A DNA stretch of 63,364 nucleotides, counting the filler, from Phoronis australis (taxonomy: Eukaryota; Animalia; Phoronida): the NCBI GenBank assembly GCA_002633005.1. It is 12 parts of 12 records of this genome, joined end to end, with 100 filler letters (N's around TTAATTAATTAA, not from the genome) between each part and the next. Parts side by side here need not be neighbours in the genome. Positions count along the whole stretch, not along the records: positions 18,147 to 29,077 come from NMRA01000626.1; positions 29,178 to 32,989 come from NMRA01002827.1; positions 33,090 to 39,119 come from NMRA01002239.1; 9 more parts are not named here. One strand, 5' to 3'. Under the pieces are notes generated by a model. The model searched no databases. It worked only from the letters and a program-made list of their open reading frames with translations, and was not told the DNA's origin. Below are positions 25,216 to 37,312 of this stretch, one piece after another. The position numbers were made by a program, and so were the translations under genes. Numbering within the stretch: the stretch's first letter is position 1; every line of letters starts with the position of its first letter.

Positions 25216-26700
25216 TTCGGTTTTCTGCTTAAATTTCAATGTTCTAAAAATCTGTACTTCAAAAGTTATATGCTTTATCGTGCTTGTGTTTCACCTGGAA
25301 CATATGAAGCGCAAGAAATGGATAGTTTCCCACAAATAACAATTAAATAAGATTTAGAAACAATGGTCAAATTTGATGCCGGATTTTAGTGAGTGATGAC
25401 GAAGTGAAAAATTGATAGACTCGATGGTAACTGTCACGACCTGTTTACAATGTATTGAAATTAAAACCAATTTTTATTCATTCTTTGAATTGTCTATAAA
25501 TGTCTGACTTCCAATGCGCCCACAAAAACACTGACACTCAAGTTAATTAACGTTTGGCAGCATCAGAGAAATATTATTTTATAGAATTAATAGACAAGTT
25601 TCTATTCTGAGTTCTCTGTAGTCAATGGAAATAAATGATGTGTGGAATTTGAAAGGTCACGATTGCATATAATTTAAATTGTCCAATGATGTAATTGATA
25701 CATTTCAAAAGTATATTCTGGAAGTGTACTAAGATTAGGAAAATTGGAAGTGAATATGAGGTGTTGTGACTGCGGAGAGCCAATTCTGTCAAAGCTTTAT
25801 GCATAATTGAACCAATATACTCTGAAGTATAAGCTTTATGATTCCCCTATATTTTCATAGCATAAACTGGACTCGAAGCCAAATGTATTCCCTAACGAAA
25901 ATTACACATGTCCATGAAAAATTGTCTTCTGAGTTAGGAATCACCTTCAATAGGTCACCACTAATGTCGACCACAGTCAATAACCGTTTAATAGTAGATG
26001 GGGCTAGTTTTCAACTTTTTAAAGCACAACAAGTTTTGTTGCGATAGGCATAATATCTAAGTATTCCTTTATTTAAATGAGGTGCACCTGATGCAGGTCA
26101 AAAGTTGAACCTGTCAAAATTACACGAGCACTTTTGCGGCATGCTTTCACGAGTGAAGAATTTTTACAAAAATATCTTAATTTAGTAGAAGCGTTATCAT
26201 AGTTCTACATGTATTTCATGTTACACTTCGTCTTCAGATTCCACAACATATAGGAAAGGCCTGACCCAGGAATATAATTAATCTGGTAAAACACGGTAAA
26301 ACAACAAGCTGATATCGTGAAATGAAGTCGATGCCTATTCAAAAGATTTCGGTAATCACTGAACAAAACTTTTTAAATAAATGTTGACGCTGAATACATG
26401 TTAGAAGCAAACAATACATCAAAACCACGCAAAATTAACAGTGACTACCGTTTAGGAGAAAAATATTGTTAAACACATAATTGCGAAAAAATGTTATTCA
26501 AAGAACAAGTATCTGCGAATCTGCGTCGCCAGACGTACTTTATCAGGAAAAAAGAAGAGAAAGTTATAAAACAACAAAGTAGGAACTCTCAAAATTTAAT
26601 AGTAACCAAAATTAAAATTTTTCTGTTCATTAATACAGATATGGTCTTCGACGGATTTGACAAGTCCAGCAGTTTAAGAGAACACGCTTTGAACTAAATG

Positions 26701-28235
26701 CGACACATGATCTGGCTACTATTAAGCTCAGCCTAATCAGTGAACAAAGTTGAATTAAAGAAAAAATACCGTCATACCTCCAGCTTTTGCAGTTGGTTTA
26801 ATGGTACCTGCAAATTATAAGTTAGAGTAGATGCAAACCCAAGTGGCGAAAATTTACTGTGAATAAATTGAAATAAAAATAAAAACTTAGTCTAGTGTGT
26901 CCAGTTTTGATAGAATGACTACATATGGTACTGTTGACATGTTTCTTCTTTTCAGAACGTCTATGACACAAAATTTGAGTGTTCATGCTACGGAAAATCG
27001 CACGTTACATTTCAACTGACCGCAATTACATGTAAGGGTTGCCTTGGTTCAAGGTTTTTTAATATGACAATCATTGTGTCAAACTTAATCAGAGAGACAC
27101 TATTCACATACAGGCCCTCAATGCTGAGATGCCACTCAATAGGAACCTATGTATTAGCATTAGAGATTTTAGTTGACAGATCTTGTGCCATGCATTGAGG
27201 GGTGAACTGTTTTCTGTCTATTTTACCTGAGGACGATTTTTGATTAATATGCAAACATGGTTTTCATGCTCCACTCTGGTGTACTTTTAGATTTCCATTT
27301 TTTTACTTCTTATTAAACATATGGCTTCCCACTATTAAGTTATATCGTCCATGAACAGATTAAACTATAAATTAAAAAAATAGTGACATACCTACACCTT
27401 CTCCATTTTCAGTTGGCTTAATGGTATCTGTAAACCATGAACTAGTTTGACAAGAATACGTTACTCGTTAAATTTATGTTTGCACACACAAAGAAACCCT
27501 TAAGTGGGGAAAAGTCACTGTGAGTAAATAAAATGAAACACCATAATTAATATCTATCTAAATAATGCGTAGAGTGTTGACTAAATGAGTGCACAGAAAA
27601 TGTTGACATCTTCCCTGAGTTCAGCCAGTCTATGAGGCAAAATGCAAGTGGTCATGCCAAGGTACAGTGTACAACTCAGGACAGTCGTTACATTTCATCT
27701 CACAAGGATATTTTGAGGTCAAGCTTTTTCACCATGACAACAAAGACATGTCAAATGTTTAATCTGTGAGACAAGTCACATACAAGCCATCACAACTGAG
27801 AGAGTTGTGTTACACATGATGTCTCATGAACTGTGATGAGAAGTGAGTTTTACGTTAGGATATTTGGTTGTATTTCTACTATTGTACATGAGGAGGATTA
27901 TTGATTAATATCCAAACGCCGTTTTCATGATGCAAATTAGCGTACTTTTTGTTTTTCCAGGATTTCTTAATTCTCATTTGGCTAAAAACTAAATTTTTCC
28001 CGTGAAAGCGACATATCGTCTGGCTACTATTAAGATCTCTGTTCAGTGAACAAAGTTAAATTTGTGTTAGAAAACGATATTTCTTACCTACAGCTTCTCC
28101 AGTTTCTGTTGGCATAACAGTTTCTGTAAATCATAATTACGTGTTACAATAAATATTCCTACATATCCACGAGTCAAAGTTGAAGCAGAAGAAAAATTGA
28201 AACCCAGTTGGCGGTATTTTTCAGTGTGTGTATTT
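26701..28235 (+). repeat. Old ~620-690-bp tandem repeat, about 2.3 units
   Basis: Collinear blocks recur from about 26701, 27320 and 28010: CTACTATTAAG, AGTTGG.TTAATGGTA, TGTTGACAT, TGAGGA.GATT.TTGATTAATAT.CAAAC. Confidence 0.75.
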
Positions 28236-28573
28236 TTAAAGGCGAAGGCAACCTTTTTCCATGTCATTTTGAGCTAAAATAAGGTTGGTTGGTTATCCTC
28301 GACATATTTTCCACTTAATTACAGCTTTTCGTAATTTTATAAATTACTCGTCCGCTACTCCGGAAGTGACGTTTTAGGAGGCAAGCGCTTCCCGCCACTT
28401 GGTTTTGCGTTGACTTTACCGTGCAAATCTGTTCTATTCTAGTTTTGTTTTGTGCTGTTTTTCAACAATTGTCGCCACCACTTTCCATCGGCGAGTATTC
28501 TGCGGCAAGATAGGTTAATAGAGAACTCAAATACGTTAGATTTAGGGATTGTTTAGTGTGTTGTAAGCTGAAA

Positions 28574-28778
28574 ATGGCTGGAGTCGGTGACCCGTATCAC
28601 AGTGAACGAGGCAGAGTACGCACAGGCACAGGCAGCTGTTGAGAGAAACGAGGTGGCTACGGAGGACAGACGTTAAGACACATCTTGGTGCAAATACACT
28701 GTGTGCGTTGTTATGCCTACCTCAATGGAATGCTTATGCTGTTCAGAGTTCGACGAGGCCAAGCCACTACTGGACATG
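28574..28778 (+). pseudogene. P2X7-ballast-like (KolX-like) Cys-rich ORF fragment
   Basis: EDRR*DTSWCKYTVCVVMPTSMECLCCSEF matches the WCxCxxCxxMPTxxECxCCxE pattern. Contains a stop and a frameshift. Confidence 0.75.
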
Positions 28779-29062
28779 GTTAAGTGGACCTCTGGCATAC
28801 CACGGACAGAGGAACAACTGTCCCACTTGCCATATTGTCCCGCGACACACTCCCACTGGATGGTAACCTGAGCACCCAAACTGCTTACATCGTGTCGTGT
28901 GACTCCCTCGCCACACATCTGGCACCTTCTAAATAGCTCTAACACTTTAGACAAGTCCACAATAAACTTATCAAAGTTTGGCTTATCGATCTGTTCACTG
29001 GACGACGAACTGTCCTCTTCACTGGGTGTCAAACTGAGCCTGTAATCACTCCCACTACTCAA
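28779..29062 (-). pseudogene. Kolobok-like transposase N-terminal Zn-finger fragment
   Basis: KFIVDLSKVLELFRRCQMCG...LGAQVTIQWECVAGQYGKWDS...GMP. Confidence 0.7.
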
Positions 29063-29192
29063 TATCGCTGCAGGGCTNNNNNNNNNNNNNNNNNNNNNNN
29101 NNNNNNNNNNNNNNNNNNNNNTTAATTAATTAANNNNNNNNNNNNNNNNNNNNNNNNNNNNNNNNNNNNNNNNNNNNTGCAATAGATGTATC

Positions 29193-29351
29193 CAGTTGCA
29201 GATTTAGAGGGGGGCCAAGGGAGCCAAGGCCCCCCTAAAATTCTCCCAGATTTCATTTGTCTGTTCGGGGGGTGCGAATGTCTGGCGGGCAAAATCCTGA
29301 CTAATACTATGACCTGGCCCCCCCTAACTCAAAATCCTGGATCCGCTTCTG
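29193..29351. mobile_element. MITE family C, 5-bp TSD GTATC
   Basis: Reverse-complement homologue of 12296-12447. GTATC at 29188-29192 and 29352-29356. Confidence 0.85.
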
Positions 29352-30394
29352 GTATCTGCGCTTTTTACACACTTCATCATCATATTGCGTCGCTGAGTGA
29401 CTTTCCCATAAAATTTACCTACACGCGAATCTACTCTGGCTGAAGGCTAGTGGTGTAAGAACACGATCTGATAAGGCGCATTGTGAACGTGCTATCGTTG
29501 TCACGGAAATAGTTCCACGAGCGACTACAAATGGCCCCGTTCTATTAAATTTAGGGAGTGAGTCGTACGTTTCAAACTGTATTTACTGAAAAAATCACAT
29601 ATCCGTGGCCTTCTCGTACTCTCTCACAATAGCTTGAACCTATCATTCACTGGAGAGTACGATTTCTTACGTTGGTAGGTCTTTGATTGCCTTGATTCTT
29701 TTTCTGTCTTTGGCTTTCAGGCTTGAGTAATCGATTCTCTTAATTGCAAAAAACAGGGAAAAGCCAGCCGAGCTCAGGTCAGACTCATTGGTCAGCCCTT
29801 GGTCTATGTTCAGATGGAGTCGAACTTGCGTAAACTAGGTCGAGGGGGTCGCGGGTCGAGGAAGTCAAGGGTAGAGGGCCGGGGTCGTGGGGCTCGAGGT
29901 TTTAGAACAATGCGCTCAGATAACTTAAATTTACAATAAACCCCAGAGTTTAATCCAAAAAAAAACAACAACAACAGTAGGCTTAGGCTACTTATAAAAT
30001 TGACCTCACCGTCAGATTGAAATTAATTTCTAGGCTCGAATTGTTGTTTTAGACCAGGGTCATCAATTTGATTTTGTCACGGTGGCTTAGTTTCACCTGA
30101 CGAAGCAGTATGGTCGTCTAAGGATTCCCAGGCCTTTTATTGTAACTTTGAATTCAACCAACTGATATATGACAAGATGATATTGCCTAGAGCATGCACT
30201 GTATTCACGTGTGACGAAAGTCGTTTAGACACAAGCCAAACACTTGATTCATACTGTAGCTACTTTACAGACAATTAGCTACTGGCGCCAATTTGTGGTA
30301 AAGGGGGCTTAAGGCTTTCTAAAACCTAATAAAACGCCATATTTGAAATGGAGTTAGAGTTTTTTGTTGATATAGCTTTTCTATTTACGCACAA

Positions 30395-32075
30395 AACAAG
30401 AGCAACGCGGAGCGTTGAAATACGCCCATGAATGCACTGCAAACGGTGCGCTTCTAGGGTGTTTATTTGTATCATAAAAATGGCCACTAGATAGTGCAAA
30501 ATACTTCAAATCCATCATAAAACTGGAAAATGTCACCGTATTTTAACAGAAAGGTATTTACCACATTTCATGAAAAATCCGTCAAAAAACGTTAGCAAAA
30601 CGGAAAAAATGAAATTGCCACTAGGGGACAAAGCATTCATCGGATCCGTCTGAAAGTTGTCATCTTCTGTTGTCAACGTCATATAAATACACTTGCTAAA
30701 TTTAATAAACTCTCTGCAGAGGGCTTAGAAGATATACACAGCTAAGGGCAAAAATGCCACTAATAGGCGCCACACTAATTGAAGCCGGAAAATCATCGTC
30801 AACCGTCCTCTTCACACTAACAATACATAAGCCAAAAACAGACTAGAAAACAGTAAAAATGGCCACTAGATGGAGCAAAATACGACGAATCCGTCTGAAA
30901 ACCGAAAAGTGTCACTGTTTTTTGAAAGAAAGCTATTTAACAAATTTTATGAAAATTCGTCGAGGAACTTCATCTAAGAAACAAATGGAAAAACATAAAA
31001 AACGAAATTGCCACTAGGGTTCAGTTTTAGTCGGACCTGTTTGAAAGTCATCGTCTTCCGTTGTTCACTTCCTACAAAAACACGTAGGTGCTAAATTTAA
31101 TAAAGAACCGGCAGAGGGCTTAGGAGTTACAGGTACGCCTGGGCGCAAAACAAAAACAAAATTGCCACTAGGAGGCGCCACAGCAATCGAAGTCATCGGA
31201 AAAACGGCATTTGTTCTCTTTATAGTAAGAACATACATGCCAATTTTCGCAATCATGCTTAGAGTGGTTTGGTTGATGGAGGGACGGATGCTTAAAACAG
31301 ACTCGAAAACAGTAAAAATGGCCATTAGGTGGCGCAAAATACCTCGAATCCATCCGAAAACGGGAAGATAGCGTCACCTTATTAATAGATGTGTATGTAC
31401 CAAATTTTATGGAAATCCATCGAGGACCTTTGAAGAAACAGAGGAAAACGTAAAAAAATAAAATTACCACTAGGGGCACACCTGTAGCCCTGTCTGTCCG
31501 AAAGTCGTAGTCGTCCGTAGTCAACTTCATATAAAAACATTTACTGCATTTAATAAAGATCCTGTGGAGCCTTTAGGAGATACAGCCATGGGCGCAAAAA
31601 CAAACGCAACTGACACTAGGAGGCTCGACAGTAGTCGACGTCGTCGGAAAATCATCGTCAACCGTCCTCTTCCTAGTAAGAACATACATGCCAATTTTCG
31701 CAATCATCCTTAGACTGGTTAAGTTGACAGAGGGGCGGACGCCAAAAACGGACTCCAGATTGTGCAAAATACTTCGAATCCATCCGAAAACTAAAGGATA
31801 TCGTCACCTCATTAATAGATGCCTATGTGCTAAATTTCATCAAATTCGGTCGAGGACCTTTGAAGATACAGAGGTAAACGTAAAAAAATAAAATTGCCAC
31901 TAGAGGGCACAGCGGTACTCGGGTCGGTCCGAAACTCGACGCTCATAGGAACACACCTGCCAAATTAAGATCCTGCAAGGGGTTTAGGAGATACAGCCGC
32001 GGACGCCGGACGCCTTGACAGAGACGACGGCAACATGCATCCACATATAAATACATGTATGTGGGAGCATAAAAA
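30395..32075. mobile_element. Complete Helentron-associated (HINE/DINE-like) element with internal ~145-bp satellite
   Basis: AACAAGAGC head, subTIR-like ATACGCCCA, about 11 monomers, GGACG microsatellite, terminal hairpin ATGCATCCACATA/TATGTGGGAGCAT, A-run. Confidence 0.75.
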
Positions 32076-33157
32076 CAAGGACAGAATAGAGTTCAACGTC
32101 AAGTTTCGAGATTTTGACTGATAATTAGCGTTGGGTGCTTTTTTAAGTTTCGCTGTCATAAGATCCATGTTAGGTTCTCCACTGTTCGTACACAGTCAGA
32201 TGGAACGGACGTCTCTATTCCTATGAATCTACACGGCCAGTCACAAGAAACCACGTAATATTTCTGTCGACTGATGACGACATGTCTTGATATTTCGTGA
32301 TAACAAGTAGGTCTACATGTATAGGGTGCTCCTTAAATGTTTACAAAAAATGCTCTGAAACATGAATACAGCTGGAAAATGGTTTTACTCGCAATTAATT
32401 GTTTTTTTTTTGTATTCCAAAATTCCAAAGCTTCTTTCGCAAGGCACAAAATTAGAAATTGAGAAAATGTAACCATTGGTTTTTCATCTGAAACGCCTCT
32501 CGTTCAATCCAAAATGCACATGGCACTTTATTCTATAAAAGTGGCCTTAACTTGCTCCTTACCCAGAATGCAAGTGATTCCTGGGTCTGCAAAGACTTGG
32601 CAAGTCGTGATTCGTTTAGACCGTACTCGTCGAATAAAACAGAACGCCGATAAACAATCGTGTAAAGCCTGATCCCGAAACAACGTTAATCATTTGTACA
32701 TTCTTAGTCAGTAACGTATGGTTTTGGAAGTAAAGTGCATGTTTTCTTCAGTTCATCATTCGTCGTGTGCTTTATTTCATGCACGTGACGAGTGGAAGAA
32801 GCAAAAGCAGCTGAATGGGGTGCCGCAGCCGAAATGATACAACATTGACGCGACAAGACCGAAAATCAATACACTATCCTTGATTATCGATGGCCCTACT
32901 ATGCATTTGTGATGAATCAGAATCTCGCCCATGGCACTACGTCACCCTATTGTTTAATTAATTGAACAGCGACGTAAGTATAAAAGTCTNNNNNNNNNNN
33001 NNNNNNNNNNNNNNNNNNNNNNNNNNNNNNNNNTTAATTAATTAANNNNNNNNNNNNNNNNNNNNNNNNNNNNNNNNNNNNNNNNNNNNACCACCAAAAA
33101 ATGCAGCGAAATTTGACTGAGGGAATGTGTCGTGTTCTTACATCATTCTTGTTTCAG

Positions 33158-33287
33158 AGCCTTTCTGTCTGGCCAATTACACAGCTGCCATGCACAGTGT
33201 TATGTACAATCCTGTGGAACCTCGACTTGTCGCCTCGGCTAACTCTAAAGAAGGTATCGCTCTGTGGGACGTCCGCAAACCTCGGAG
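33158..33287 (+). CDS. DCAF5: DCAF5/WDR22 internal exon (WD40)
   Basis: EPFCLANYTAAMHSVMYNPVEPRLVASANSKEGIALWDVRKPR with AG/GT boundaries. Upstream exons are not on this scaffold. Confidence 0.9.
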
Positions 33288-33755
33288 GTCTGATTTCATC
33301 TTTGTTATTAACATAATCTATAGCTGTTTTTCAGTGAGGCTCACCGCTGACTGAAAGCTACAAGCTCAGCTGTGTACCACGAGGAAAATTTGCTTCACAT
33401 TATTGTAACCCATACACAGTGAAGCAATATGCTCACTGGCCGGTAAACTATTATAGTAATCAGTGTAAATGTACTACACACAGTCACAATGAGCCAGCTT
33501 TAGAAATTAGTTATGTCGGGTGATGCAATTATTAATTTCATTGGTTACCGAAGGTAGTCGGTTAAACACTTGGCTTATCTCACCCATATAATATGAATAT
33601 TGGTGCTCCCCAGATAAAAGAAATCCGACAATTGAGGCAGTTGCCTCACAGCCTCGCAAGGCAAAATCCTCATGGTTCATTTTGTCACAGACGTGAGGTT
33701 TGAGCTAAGCTAATTTGCATTCATGTTTCGTAGCTTTCTGTCCGCGCTAGTCTTA

Positions 33756-33858
33756 AGTGCTTTTACATGAACAGTGCATTTACATGGACAGTGCATTTAC
33801 ATGGACAGTGCACTTATGAACAGTGCTTTTACATTGACAGTGCACTTACATGGACAGT
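33756..33858 (+). repeat. 17-bp minisatellite, about 6 copies (intronic)
   Basis: AGTGCATTTACATGGAC units. Confidence 0.9.
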
Positions 33859-34839
33859 TCTAAATGCTATTTTAGTAATTTACCATGCCGAAATACATTT
33901 ATTAGCAGTTGTGACTCTGGCATCCATCTCAACATAGTGTATTTTCTCAGCAGGTAGTCCATAGTTTTACTTGGATTTGCCAATCAAAATCTAAATCCAC
34001 TACTAGTGGCTTCAATAGGAATTAATTAATTTATTAATTGAAATAGTTATTCAAAATAGAAATTAAGAAGTCAATGTTAATGCCATATAGTAGTTCAGAT
34101 ATCTTCATTTAGTATTATTATAACAGATAGGCAGTATTATCACCATCCTACCAGGTACTGCCCAAAGTCTAGAAACATGTAGGAAAGTACGTATACACAG
34201 AGTTTACCTATTTGCTGAATGTTGATGTCTCTAGAAATTACACTTGTCAAATGCTAACTAAAATATTTTACAAAAATTGCAAAATTAATTTTTTCTTGAA
34301 ATGTGTTAGTATTCATTCAAAGCATACAATGCAGTCCAAAATATGTTTCTTGTTTAATGTAATGAATATGCGAACTTCAAATAGTAAATCACACATCTTA
34401 CTTGCATCATGCAGTCACAGAAAAAATAACTGCCAAAAAATAGTGGTGGATCACAAATCACATTATTTTGCAACTCACGGATAGTTACATATGCATAGGT
34501 TGGAAATCTTTGAACGGAATTCCTGTCTTACAGTGAGCCCAAATGTGGAAATCTTGAAAGAATTTGATTCAAACTAACAATTTGTCTCAATACTTTTCTT
34601 GCCTGAATAACACTTGATTGTAATCATTAAAGCAAAATGTAGAAATCATTTTGTTGTCGATGTGGAGCGGTTTGGGAGCTAGAGTTGGCCGACCCTGTCA
34701 AAATCAGTATTGTCGGTATGAATAGCTTTGTTAGACTAGGTATTGTGGATGGTTTTGTCTGAATACTCTTTGCTTGTACTTTAGCTGTTTGCTGACAAAT
34801 CACATTTCTTCCATTGCTACTTTTTGTTGATCATTCCAG

Positions 34840-35053
34840 TTGCCTGTTACGATTTGGCTCTGGCCTGTCTTCTCACAGCGGTATGAGTGTCCGCTGGAAT
34901 CACCATGGTGACCAACTGTTGGCTCTACGTCGCCGCATGCCCCCTGTGTTATACTCTGTGTCGTCCACTAAGGTGCTCTGCCAGTTTGACCACCAGGGCT
35001 ACTACAACTCGTGCACCATGAAAAGTTGTTGTTTCGCTGGCGAAAATGACGAG
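34840..35053 (+). CDS. DCAF5: DCAF5 exon
   Basis: CLLRFG...LLALRRRMPPVLY...QFDHQGYYNSCTMKSCCFAGENDE, CAG/GTGAG boundaries. Confidence 0.92.
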
Positions 35054-35294
35054 GTGAGCTGCTCGTAATGAGATTTCTGTCTTTGACGAGCCCACTTTCA
35101 TTTTGGGGAGCTACACATTGTAACATGGTTTGTATAGCCTGGCCTGTTATCAGTGTCGGGTTACAACGCATGTTTGGCAGTTGAAACGCGCCTCCTAGAG
35201 AGTCGCACATATTGTGCTTGAGTTGTTGACACGTAAATAGAATTATTGAGCTCTGTGAGACCTGTGTGTTATATTTCCTTCTATTTATTTGCAG

Positions 35295-35364
35295 TATGTC
35301 ATGTCGGGCTCTGATGACTTCAATGTGTACATGTGGAAGATTCCAAATACCTTGGATTGTGATG
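35295..35364 (+). CDS. DCAF5: DCAF5 exon
   Basis: YVMSGSDDFNVYMWKIP, phase-compatible splice sites. Confidence 0.9.
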
Positions 35365-35921
35365 GTGAGTATCTGAGCACATGCTCTGACAAGTTTCGTA
35401 AAATCAATTTTCTTCTGCCTGGTTAACATGGATTTTGTCATGAGCGTACAAGCTCCCATATCTTAGGCTAAGTACCTTCTAATACATCTACAATATTTTG
35501 AATTAAATATTTAATCGTGGAACGTATTGTTTAAAAAAACAAAGTTGTGGGTGTTCTTATAGTTAGCAATACCCCTACCGTATGATTCATTTTTGGCTAA
35601 GTGTTTCTATGTTGCTACACATTGTTTTGCCAAATATAATTAAGTTGACTTTTGATTACAGCACTGCTGTGGATTTTTTGTGAATGTTGCAGGAAAGGTT
35701 TAATTATCATGCGTTGCGTGAACTAGAAATAGTCAAGTAGTTAACTGCAATTGGTTTGTGGATTTAGCAGATGACTTGTAGCACTAAACTTGCACAATCA
35801 GAAATGCTAACCTCTAAATGAAGTCTATTATTGTGCTTAATAATAGAACAGTTACTGTGCTAATGTCACATAAAGTGATCATTGGTTTGTTAATAAATGA
35901 TGTTGAACACCTGTTTTACAG

Positions 35922-36040
35922 AGGCATTTGTGAAGGAAGCCCATATAATTCTACGTGGACACAGGTCTATAGTCAACCAGACTAGGTTCAACTCCTCAAA
36001 TGGTTTAGTAGCGTCCTCTGGTGTTGAGAAAGTAGTGAAG
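35922..36040 (+). CDS. DCAF5: DCAF5 exon
   Basis: AHIILRGHRSIVNQTRFNSSNGLVASSGVEKVVK, phase-compatible. Confidence 0.9.
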
Positions 36041-37312
36041 GTGTGAAAGAAGCAGTTGTTAAAATCTTTATGCTACAGGGTGTCCATGAAAAGTCTCTTA
36101 ACAATTTAAAAAAGTTATTACACAAGCTAATTAATAGACAAATATGTGAAAATTTAATCAAAACGGGGAGTTGATATTGAATTTTTTGCCTCATTTAATA
36201 CTCCTCTACATGGGTATCATTAAGTTCATGTTTGATTTGGCATATCATCGTGTGACAGTTCTTGGGCTGGTTTTTGTTTGCTGTGTTAAAAGTGTATCTA
36301 ATTTTGTCTTGGCCAATTAACGTGACAAGCTTGTGTCATTGAAGAATAGGCATTTTTACAGGCGACAGTTTAACACATCTAATTTTATTAAAAGGGTGTA
36401 CCTGAATCTCACAAAAACAATGGGATGAGAAAGTTTAATAACCACCCAGTACATGCAGCAAATCTGGTTAAAATTTCAGCAATTGAATTTGTAAAAAATT
36501 TTTAAATTATAAGGTGACTTTGTGGACACTGAGTGTTATTTGTGTTTAATTAAATTCACTGATTGTTGTTTTTCATGTGAGAATGAATTTAGGACTTCGT
36601 TGTTTAGAAATATCAATCTACTCTTAGCAAGACTGGCGTCCCTAATTGGTCTTAATTTATAGTTCGGTAACCGTAAAAAGGGATAAGCTTAGCAAACAGT
36701 TATTTTTTTAATTATAGTTTGAATTATCAAGGAAGTTTTTTCTTTTAAGGTCTGAAAAATAATTTACTCTGTTGAAAGGTCTGATTATTAGAGACCTTGA
36801 TTTTCCTCGATGATGGGAAAACATACAGAATTGATGAAGTCTGACTTCTTTCTGAGAAGTTTCAAACAAAGATTTCTTATTTGTTAGCAGATACCATAAT
36901 TCTGACATTTTTGGTATTTGTGTAATTAACAAAAGTTATGAGTATAATCCATCAAATTTGTTACCCAGGAACAATTCTGGACACAAATCGGTCAACAATC
37001 ATTTTGTAACAGACATGTTCAAGTAGTTGTTCATTCGTTCTGAATGTGAAGCTATTCTTTTTCCACATTTGAGAAACAGTAAACCTGGTGTGGAGCTGCG
37101 TTACAAATGCCTGAGGAAAAGTAGGGCAATTCAAAAACATTTTTATGCTCATTACTTTGGGATAGTTGGACAGAATTACCTAATTTACAACATGGAAATA
37201 CTGGAATTTTGTGTTTTTCTAGAAAGGAATTCTCTGTTTTTGAAAACAGAAAATCAGGATCTGCAGATAACATTGGAGTACTGGTACTTGACTTGCACGT
37301 TTGTTCTTACAG

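Larger units (their letters stand above)
28240..29077. mobile_element. Kolobok-like internally deleted transposon, copy A (cut by scaffold end)
   Basis: TTAA|AGGCGAAGGCAACC terminus, convergent KolX-like and transposase relics, homologous to 43849 onward. Confidence 0.75.

Noticed and set aside
31065-31891. Overlapping ORFs in the satellite (also 54627 and 59464-60260)
   Set aside because: Chance frames in tandem repeat, not conserved between copies.
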